A stretch of 64,000 nt of DNA from a virus: the IMG/VR virus record IMGVR_UViG_3300048999_000191, one strand, 5' to 3'. A program made the translations under genes and the position numbers. Below the pieces are notes generated by a model. The model made no database searches, was not told the DNA's origin, and was given only the letters and a program-made list of their open reading frames with translations. Each line of letters opens with the position of its first letter. Positions within the stretch are counted from its first letter, which is position 1. Below are positions 19,713 through 27,594 of the stretch, piece after piece.

Positions 19713-19753
19713 GAAGCCGCCCCAGGTGACCGGTAAGCACCTGGGGCGGCTTC
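19713..19753. terminator. Bidirectional terminator between convergent genes
   Basis: Perfect 16-bp stem gaagccgccccaggtg / cacctggggcggcttc. Confidence 0.8.
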
Positions 19754-19759
19754 CTGATG

Positions 19760-21406
19760 TCAGGACACCCCGAACCAGGGGGCGTTCGCGGTGTTGACCA
19801 TCGACGCCAGCGTGATCGAGGACGGCATGGCGGTCTGGCCGCTTCCGTACTGCGCCATGCGCTTCGCAGAGACCGCCAGGCGGCTGTTTCCCAGTCCGGT
19901 GATGTTCGGGCCGCCACGGGCCAGCTGGGGCGGCGTAGTGCCGTTCACCAGCAGACCGGCGTAGACGAAGCCGGGACTGGCGATCGTCGGCGGGGTCGTC
20001 ATCGCGTGCGTGGTCTCGCCGACGGCGCCGAACGCGCCGGAGAGGTCGGCCGTGATGGCGAGCCGGGCGCCGGTCGTCGCGTCGAAGAAGGCGCCGAAGC
20101 ACTGGGCCGCCGTCATGCCGCTGCCCGCGACGAACACGCCGGTGTGGAGGTTCGTCAGCACCTGCCCGGCGGTCCGGATGGGCAGCTTCCAGAGGTAGAG
20201 CACGCCCGCCGTGATGGTGACCGCTGCCGAGACGGCGGCCGGGTCGCCGGACCAGCTGACGTAGCCGAAGTCGGCCGGTTGCGGCGCGCTGCGCGTCTCC
20301 AGAACGGTGATCCGGTCGAGGGTGGCCTGGCGTTCCCGGTGGACGTGATCCGTGCGTGCCCAGCTCAGCGCCGTCCCCACCGTGTTCGCCGTGCCGATCG
20401 TCTGCGGGAAGTCCACTCCGGCCCGCGCCGGGTAACCGCCATCGGCGTTGTCCAGGTGCCGGGCGTCGGCGCCGTAGACCGCCTGGACGGCCTTCGCGCG
20501 CGTCGCCGTGTCCCCGGCCGTGGTGAGGTTGTTCTCGATGTGGATCCAGGTGGCGCCCTTCGCGGCCGCGTCGATCCCCTGGACGTTCGTGACGGCCGTC
20601 AGGGAGGTTCCGGACCCGGAGGAGTCCCAGGCGTTGCCCACGGTGAAGCCAGCGGCCGCCAGCTCGGTGCTGACGCGCCGCACTGCCGCTCCGGCGTTCC
20701 CGGTGCCCGCCGAGACGACCTGGGTCAGCCCCGGCGCGGTCGCGTCGCTGTAGACGTGCCACTGGATCTGCCCGATCTTGCGCGAGGCGTAGGAGGCGGC
20801 CAGCTGGTGGAAGACGTTGTTCGTCTGGAGGGAGACGTTGGCCAGCGCCGAGGCCGAGTCCTTGTGCGCCCCGGCCACCATGAGCAGCGCGCCCCGGCGC
20901 TTCTGCCAGTGCGCGAAAGCCATCTGCTCGGAGGACGGATCCGCGATCGGGTGCGGGGCCTCGATGATGATGTCGATCGGCGCCGAGAGGTCGAACAGGA
21001 AGAAGCCCCAGCCGCGCAGGTCGGTCGGCGGGGCCGAGTAGGCCAGCGCGAAGGACCGCTTCGTCACCGCCTCGACACCGGTGACGATCGTGAAGCCCAG
21101 CGGCGTGAGCAGTGTGGCGGCGTCGACCGTGGACGTGAGCATCTTCCCGAGCCCGGCCAGGGCGTTGGTCAGCTCGGTGCCGGTCGGCTCCCGGTAACCC
21201 TGGACGGCGGCGAGCGGCGCGACAAAGTTGTTCAGCAGGGCCAGCACGTCGGTGCCGACCGGAGGGATCAGCGCGGCGGCCGCGTTGGCCGTCAGGCTGG
21301 CGTTGTGGACCCCGTCCTCGATGTGCGCGAGGCGGGTGTCCGTGATCGGGGTGTTTCCGGCCTCGCCGTTCACCCAGGTCTGGGGGTCGTAGATCGGGGT
21401 GCTCAT
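19760..21406 (-). CDS. Tail fibre/spike with a putative Zn-hydrolase domain
   Basis: N-terminal YDPQTWVNG..NTPIT..RL.HIEDG fibre-attachment-like motif; EAPHP...AGAH...QWH; WARTDHVH; ATGA start at 21406. Confidence 0.6.
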   Translation of the reverse strand: MSTPIYDPQTWVNGEAGNTPITDTRLAHIEDGVHNASLTANAAAALIPPVGTDVLALLNNFVAPLAAVQGYREPTGTELTNALAGLGKMLTSTVDAATLLTPLGFTIVTGVEAVTKRSFALAYSAPPTDLRGWGFFLFDLSAPIDIIIEAPHPIADPSSEQMAFAHWQKRRGALLMVAGAHKDSASALANVSLQTNNVFHQLAASYASRKIGQIQWHVYSDATAPGLTQVVSAGTGNAGAAVRRVSTELAAAGFTVGNAWDSSGSGTSLTAVTNVQGIDAAAKGATWIHIENNLTTAGDTATRAKAVQAVYGADARHLDNADGGYPARAGVDFPQTIGTANTVGTALSWARTDHVHRERQATLDRITVLETRSAPQPADFGYVSWSGDPAAVSAAVTITAGVLYLWKLPIRTAGQVLTNLHTGVFVAGSGMTAAQCFGAFFDATTGARLAITADLSGAFGAVGETTHAMTTPPTIASPGFVYAGLLVNGTTPPQLARGGPNITGLGNSRLAVSAKRMAQYGSGQTAMPSSITLASMVNTANAPWFGVS

Positions 21407-24400
21407 GGCGTAGCCACTCCTGGGTAGACGTTGAGGCCGGGGAAGACCGCCTCGCCCGGGTAGCCGGGCTGAACGGGGATCGGGGCCGTGCTGGGACCGG
21501 GTGTGGGCACCCGCTCCAGAATCTGGAATCGGTACCACCAGCTGCGGGGGACCGGCAGATTCCAGGTCTGGAAGCGCGCATCCTTGCGAATATCGCCGTA
21601 CTGGTCGTAGGGCATCAGGTTCGGGCTCACCGGTGTCAGTGCCGCGCGGTGATCGATCCCGGAGAACATGCCGCCGTACCAGGGCCGGATGGTCACCGAA
21701 GACACCGTGGCGCCGGGCCGGTAGCTCACCGCTCGCCAGACCAGCGCGTTGCCCGGCTTCTGCACCAGGTTCACGGCGCTGATCTGCGGAAAGACCAGCA
21801 CACCGGACGGGTTGTTGCGGATTTCGTAGGCGGGGATGAACGTGGTGCCGCCGTCGTTGGAGAACGACCAGATGATCGGTTCGGCGTAGAGCGAGATGTT
21901 GTCGACGTCCCAGACGTCCTTGGTGGCGCCCTGCTGCACCACCCGGGCGTAGACGTTCAGGTGCTCGGTGTCCTTCTGTGCCAGCACCTCGTCATAGGTC
22001 AGCGTTCCGTTGCGGGTGGCCGAGGCCCAGGTGGGCTTGTTCACCGCGAGCGAGATCAGCTTCGCGTTCGGGCTCCAGTGGAAGTCCTGGAAGGACGTGT
22101 CGATCGTGTAGTTCGCCCCGCCCGGCCGCGTTCCGCTGTAAACCGACCCCGCCAGCCCGCGCTTGGTGCCCTGCATCAGGTTCACCGCGCTCGGCGCCGC
22201 AGTGCCCTGAAGAACGCTGTCGTAGAGCACGTAGACCTGACGCCCGGAGGTCGCGGCGGGATTGAACAGCTTCGAGTCGGCGAAGACGATCGTTACGTTC
22301 TTGTTCAGCGGGATGCCGCCCGGTAGGAAGCCTGTCTGGAGGACGGCACCGTTCTGCACCAGGTTGCCCAGCGCATCGAGGTAGATCCCGTGGTCGAAGT
22401 CGAGGCAGGCCACCATCCCGCGTCGCCCGTTGGGGTCGACCTGACCTGCCGTGCCCGCGATCGCGCGCGCCCGGAAGGTCAGGTTGCCATTCCACTCCTC
22501 GGTGTCGGTCCAGAAGACCGCGTTGTCCGTGGAGGCCACCAGCGTCGCCCCCACCTCGTCGTGGTTGGCGGACTCGGGGTTGTTCGTGGTGTCCCAGGTG
22601 GCCAGGGGTGTCGTCGTGGCGTTCGAGGTGCCGACGTTCCAGTGACGCCCGGCGGAGTCCACCCAGGACTGCTGGACGGTCGCGTCGATCCAGGCGCCGT
22701 TGCCCTTGCGCGGCATTCCGGCGATGGTCGGGCCCGGGATGCGGCCGTAGGGCGCGGGCGTCCAGCTGAACTTGGTGAACTTCTGATTCAGGTGGCCCTT
22801 GATGCCCTTGGTGACCTGCGCGCCGAAGTTGTGCGTCCGGGTCGACTTCCAGACCCCGTTGACCCAGAACATCATCGCGTACTGGTCGTACGGGCTGCCG
22901 GTCGGATCGACCTTGTCCGAGGGGACGTAGTCGGCCGGGAGGAAGTCGACACTGATCACATCGCCGGACTGCACGGTGTAGGAGGTGTTGTTCGCGCCGA
23001 GCACCAGGCCGCGCGAGGCCGGAAGGTCGGCACCGAACAGGGCCAGCGCGCCGACCTCGGTGATGAAGAACGGGTCGAGGCGCAGCAGGGCGAAGGTACC
23101 CGGCGTGGCGCTGCCCATGGTGCCCACGGTGACCGACAGCGTGCCCCAAGGGCTCCCGGTGTCCACCCAGTCCGTCTGCCCGTCCGCCGTGACCGTGGCG
23201 GCGGCCGAGACGATGTCCAGGCTCTGCTCGTTCCCGCTGCCGTCGACCGGCCACTGCCACAGCTGACCACTGTCGAGCACGGGCAGGGTGGTCGCGTTCG
23301 GCCCGCCGAAGGTCGCACTCAGGCCCTGACTGCTGTATCCGCTGCTGGCGAAGTCGCTCCAGACCCAGGGAGCCGGGCTGGTCCCCTCGCCGATGGTGTA
23401 GCTGGCGTACCACTCGGTGATCTGGCCCGCCTTCACCTGGGCCTCGGCGTCGGCCAGTACCCGGCCGTCGGCCACATTGACCAGCTGGACCGAGAGGGGC
23501 AGCGACAGGTCCGCGTCCGCGATCGCGCGCGCGGCGACGTGTACCCGGCCGCCGAGCGGCAGGGAGATCGGCTTCGAGCTGATGCCGCCGACCTCGCCGG
23601 GGATCTGCGAACCGATGGTCACCGCGCCCCAGGTGGCGTTCAGCCCGGTGATACCGCCCCAGGTGTGATAGCCCAGGGAGACCCGGCCCCAGGTGAGCGG
23701 CGGCTGGGAGCGGTTGATTCGCTTCGTCGAGGCCAGCGTGGGCTCCTGGCCGGAGGAGTCGGAGAGCACGGCGTCGCCGACCGAGGTCCAGCTGGCGATC
23801 TCGGGATCGCTCAGATCCGGATCGGGCAGCAGCTGGTCCGGATCGCTCTGCTGGGTCGCGAACTGCACGGCGGTGACGACCCGGTTGGACGGGAAGACCT
23901 TGCTCTGCACCTGCGCGTAGGCCGCGTCCCCGGAGGTGAGCTGGTGGTCCTGTGGCAGGATCCAGTTGCCACCGTCGGCCACATTGGACAGATCGTAGAA
24001 CAGATCCACGTACTGGTTGGTGTCGTCGGTGTTCAGGTAGCTCAGCTTGTAGGCCGCGATCGAGCGCAGGCCCACGAAGTAGCCGATCTTCGTGACCTGC
24101 GAGTAGTTGATCACCTGGTAGTTGTGGACACCGGTCGACTCCCAGGACGGCGTCGAGCCGGTGGCGTGCATGGGCAGGAACGACCAGGCCCAGTAGGCGT
24201 CGGCCACCTTGGCCCGCACCGCGTTGTCGTAGATCACCCGGGCCGTGGTGTTCGACTTCGGCGCCTTCGTCCCGACGATCGCCGTGCGGTTGTTGTCCAG
24301 CGACTGCGTCAGCGTGTTGACGACGTAGACGTTGTCCCGCCCAGGCAGCAGCTCCGCGAGACCGGCTGCCGAGGTCGGCGCCGAGCCGGAGGGAACGGAC

Positions 24401-26292
24401 TTACGCCACTGCTCCGAGGGGAAGACGTTCACCGTCTTGTCGACCGGCCGGTAGACCTCGTAGGTCTGCGGGGAGAGATTGGTGAACTCCAACTTCCAGT
24501 ACTTGGCCCGCGTCGGCGGGAAATACAGATATCCCTTGCGCAGCACATAATCCCGGGCGACCGGGTGCCACTCCATGAACGCGTAGCGATCCGGGGCGCC
24601 GCCGATGAACGCGGACGGCGAGTTGGCGCTGAAGAAGCTGGGATGGTAGCGCAGCAGCGCGTTGTCGGTGCGTGGGTCGTTCTGCCCCAAGTAGACGCTG
24701 TTGAGCACGTAGGGGAACGGGTCGGCGAGGAACTGCTCGACCTCCTCGGGGGTCGGCGAGTCGTCCACCTTGAGGATGAGCGCCTTCATCCGCGAGCGCG
24801 CCGCGCCCGGAGAGGCGCCCATGAAGGCACCCACGCGCATGGTTTTCACCGGACCGAGGGGGACGCTCAGCGGCAGCGTCCCGGCGAACTCGCTGTTGCC
24901 GAAACGGATGGCCAGCCCGAGGGTCGTCCCATCGCTCCAGATGATGAAGTTGACCGGCGTTGCCGGGTCGAAGCCGACGAAGACCGGGCTGTCCGGCGTG
25001 GTGTAGATCGGCTGGCCATCGACGTCCACCGAGCCCGTGTAGATGCCCTGCGGCTCGGTCTCGGTCGGCACCAGCAGGCTGTCCCCGGCCGTGGTGGTGA
25101 GCCGGGGGCCGAGCGGGGTCCAGGCCAGGTTGAACTGGTCGCAGGAGAAGATCGGGCAGTCGTAGGCCTGCGTGCCGTGCTTGAACTTGAAGTTCAGCTG
25201 GCCGCCGAAGGACCACGGGCGCGAGGGGTCGAAGGCGATGCCCGCGTTGTTCAGCTCGATGAAGGCGATCGCGGTGTCGAAGGCCGGGTCGTCGAAGTTG
25301 AGCACGTTGCCGGTGACGCCCGCCGAGTTGTTGACGCTGGCGACCACCGGCGGCAGCGGGTCCGAGTTGGATCGGAACGCATTGGTGGGCTCGGAGTCCG
25401 ACCAGTACAGGTTGCAGGTCGGGCCGTCATAGAGCGGATCCAGGTAGAACCGGTCGAGGATCTGGCCGTTACCCAGGCCGTCGCGGGCGTCCACGTAGAA
25501 GTTGACCACGGCCCAGGGGATCGGCTGCGGCTCGCTCTTCCAGACCGTGGTGAGGCTGTTCGCGCCGGTAGTCTCACCGATCGCGTTGGTCGCGGAGTTG
25601 ACGCGCACCTGGAAGTCCACCGGCGAGCCGAACAGGTCCGTCGTGGTGGCGAAGGTGTCCCGCACCTCTCCCTGGGCGGGCTGGGTGTAGGGGACGTCGG
25701 AGAGCTTCCGGATCGAGTACGAGATCTTGAGGTTCCGGATGGCCAGCGAGTAGGGCATGAGCGCGCCCTGGCTGTTCGTCGGCGGCGTGCCGCGCTCGGA
25801 GCGCGAGAGGACCAGGCGCAGCAGCTTCGTGGAGATCGGCCTGATCTTGAAGGTGACCGTCCGCCAGTGGCCGGTGAAGCTGTGCTGCGGATGCAGGTGA
25901 CCGATGATCGCGCTGGCGGGCGGGAGCACCGTGGGCACCGAATCCCGGACGCTGAAGGAGACCGGCGCCGGGCTGCCGGGCAGATCCTCCAGGCAGGGCG
26001 ACCAGGCGCCGGTCTGCTCGTCGTAGAACTCGGCGTAGATGTCCTGAGGGAAGGCCGCCGCGTCGAACTCGATCTCGTTCAGCCGCCGGGCGCTGGTCAG
26101 TGTCAGCTGCATGACCTCGCGTGCGGTCGAGCTGGCGTCCCGGGACGGGCTGGCCCAGAACCGCTGGGTGTCCACGCTCTGCTGTGTCGATCCGACGCTG
26201 TTCAGCCGGATGCCCTCAACGAGGTTCGACAGCGGCATGCCGCCGACCCAGGCCGGGGCCACCGAGGAGCCGGGGAGCTGCGGGGAGGTCAT
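21403..26292 (-). CDS. Large baseplate/minor tail protein
   Basis: 1629 aa, beta-rich, follows baseplate wedge genes. Confidence 0.7.
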   Translation of the reverse strand: MTSPQLPGSSVAPAWVGGMPLSNLVEGIRLNSVGSTQQSVDTQRFWASPSRDASSTAREVMQLTLTSARRLNEIEFDAAAFPQDIYAEFYDEQTGAWSPCLEDLPGSPAPVSFSVRDSVPTVLPPASAIIGHLHPQHSFTGHWRTVTFKIRPISTKLLRLVLSRSERGTPPTNSQGALMPYSLAIRNLKISYSIRKLSDVPYTQPAQGEVRDTFATTTDLFGSPVDFQVRVNSATNAIGETTGANSLTTVWKSEPQPIPWAVVNFYVDARDGLGNGQILDRFYLDPLYDGPTCNLYWSDSEPTNAFRSNSDPLPPVVASVNNSAGVTGNVLNFDDPAFDTAIAFIELNNAGIAFDPSRPWSFGGQLNFKFKHGTQAYDCPIFSCDQFNLAWTPLGPRLTTTAGDSLLVPTETEPQGIYTGSVDVDGQPIYTTPDSPVFVGFDPATPVNFIIWSDGTTLGLAIRFGNSEFAGTLPLSVPLGPVKTMRVGAFMGASPGAARSRMKALILKVDDSPTPEEVEQFLADPFPYVLNSVYLGQNDPRTDNALLRYHPSFFSANSPSAFIGGAPDRYAFMEWHPVARDYVLRKGYLYFPPTRAKYWKLEFTNLSPQTYEVYRPVDKTVNVFPSEQWRKSVPSGSAPTSAAGLAELLPGRDNVYVVNTLTQSLDNNRTAIVGTKAPKSNTTARVIYDNAVRAKVADAYWAWSFLPMHATGSTPSWESTGVHNYQVINYSQVTKIGYFVGLRSIAAYKLSYLNTDDTNQYVDLFYDLSNVADGGNWILPQDHQLTSGDAAYAQVQSKVFPSNRVVTAVQFATQQSDPDQLLPDPDLSDPEIASWTSVGDAVLSDSSGQEPTLASTKRINRSQPPLTWGRVSLGYHTWGGITGLNATWGAVTIGSQIPGEVGGISSKPISLPLGGRVHVAARAIADADLSLPLSVQLVNVADGRVLADAEAQVKAGQITEWYASYTIGEGTSPAPWVWSDFASSGYSSQGLSATFGGPNATTLPVLDSGQLWQWPVDGSGNEQSLDIVSAAATVTADGQTDWVDTGSPWGTLSVTVGTMGSATPGTFALLRLDPFFITEVGALALFGADLPASRGLVLGANNTSYTVQSGDVISVDFLPADYVPSDKVDPTGSPYDQYAMMFWVNGVWKSTRTHNFGAQVTKGIKGHLNQKFTKFSWTPAPYGRIPGPTIAGMPRKGNGAWIDATVQQSWVDSAGRHWNVGTSNATTTPLATWDTTNNPESANHDEVGATLVASTDNAVFWTDTEEWNGNLTFRARAIAGTAGQVDPNGRRGMVACLDFDHGIYLDALGNLVQNGAVLQTGFLPGGIPLNKNVTIVFADSKLFNPAATSGRQVYVLYDSVLQGTAAPSAVNLMQGTKRGLAGSVYSGTRPGGANYTIDTSFQDFHWSPNAKLISLAVNKPTWASATRNGTLTYDEVLAQKDTEHLNVYARVVQQGATKDVWDVDNISLYAEPIIWSFSNDGGTTFIPAYEIRNNPSGVLVFPQISAVNLVQKPGNALVWRAVSYRPGATVSSVTIRPWYGGMFSGIDHRAALTPVSPNLMPYDQYGDIRKDARFQTWNLPVPRSWWYRFQILERVPTPGPSTAPIPVQPGYPGEAVFPGLNVYPGVATP

Positions 26293-27593
26293 CGAGCCGC
26301 CACCACCGTGTTCACGTTCAGGGAGCTGCGTGCCGAGGCGTAGGGCGCCGAGGTCATCACGCCGTCGGAGACCAGCTGGGTGGCGGCCGCCTGCGCGGCG
26401 GTCATCAGCCCGTTCTTCGCCTCATAGGATCGCGTCGTGCCGTCGCTGTAGGCGATCAAGTCGTCGTCACCCGGGGTCCGGGCGTCGTCCTCGTTGAGGG
26501 TGTAGCTCGTCACGGCCGCCACGTCGCCGTTGAGCGTCCATTCCTCGCCCTGGTACCCCGAGAACGCCGGACGCGCCTGCGGGGCCGCCACGGCGAAGGT
26601 GGGGTCGAAAGACAGCGCCTTGACGTAGGGGTTGTAGTTCAGGTTGGGATGCGGCGTGACCGAGGAGATGATCTCCCAGTGCTCCGAGCTGGCCGAGACG
26701 TTCCGGATCTCGACCGGCTGGTGGATGTTCAGGCCCTTGTTGAAGACCGTGAATTGCGTCCCCACCGGCTTGAACGTGTTGAGCACCCGCATCAGCTGGA
26801 ATTGCTCCCAGGTGGCCAGTGGGCGCTTCGGGACCAGCATCCAGTCCGACCGGGTGCGCTGGCTCGTCCGGCCGGTGAACAGCTGCCCGGCGCCCGCCCA
26901 GTCGCCCCAGGTACGCGCGGTCATGCCCTGGTACGTCCGGACGGTGTTGAGCAGGAAGTTGTAGGTGTAGTTCAGGACGTTGGGCTGGAAGCGCCCCGCG
27001 TCCTGCTCGTCGATCCACGTCCATGACTCGTAGATCTCGCACTCGGCGCCGATCAGCGACTCGGCCATGAGCTTCATGCCGGTGTAGCTGCCGCCGTTCG
27101 GGATCGAGCGCGCGAACTTGATCAATCGATCGCGGTAGCTCGCGTCGCGCGAGTGGATGTCGTCCCACTCGGCCGCCGAGGCGCCATCGCTGTAGGGGTC
27201 GAAATTGCCCGGCAGCAGCTCGGCCTGCGTGCGCCGGATGCCGAACAGCGCGCCGTAGAACCGGTCCAGGTCCAGGAAGTGCATGCCGGTGAAGCTGTTC
27301 TGCATCCGGGCCACGGCCAGCTGCTTGCGCAGCCCTCCGGAGCCGGACCCGCCCAGCATGACCTTGAGCAGCTTCATCAGGTGCGAGGTGTCGCGCAAGT
27401 CGTAGATCTCGGGGTCGAAATGCGCAAGTCGCTCGCTGGTGATCCGGTCCGGCACGATCGGATCGGAGGCGGTGAAGATGCCCTCGGTGGTATTCGGCTG
27501 GCCGGGCGCCAGCTGCATGGACATCAGGTCGGCGGCCGCCGCCGCGTCGAAGTTCTGGAAGAAGGACGGATTCTCGACGAGGGTATCGGCCAT
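26289..27593 (-). CDS. Baseplate wedge protein (gpI-like)
   Basis: LDRFYGALFGIRR, DASYRDRL; follows baseplate J. Confidence 0.65.
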   Translation of the reverse strand: MADTLVENPSFFQNFDAAAAADLMSMQLAPGQPNTTEGIFTASDPIVPDRITSERLAHFDPEIYDLRDTSHLMKLLKVMLGGSGSGGLRKQLAVARMQNSFTGMHFLDLDRFYGALFGIRRTQAELLPGNFDPYSDGASAAEWDDIHSRDASYRDRLIKFARSIPNGGSYTGMKLMAESLIGAECEIYESWTWIDEQDAGRFQPNVLNYTYNFLLNTVRTYQGMTARTWGDWAGAGQLFTGRTSQRTRSDWMLVPKRPLATWEQFQLMRVLNTFKPVGTQFTVFNKGLNIHQPVEIRNVSASSEHWEIISSVTPHPNLNYNPYVKALSFDPTFAVAAPQARPAFSGYQGEEWTLNGDVAAVTSYTLNEDDARTPGDDDLIAYSDGTTRSYEAKNGLMTAAQAAATQLVSDGVMTSAPYASARSSLNVNTVVAAR

Positions 27594-27594
27594 C

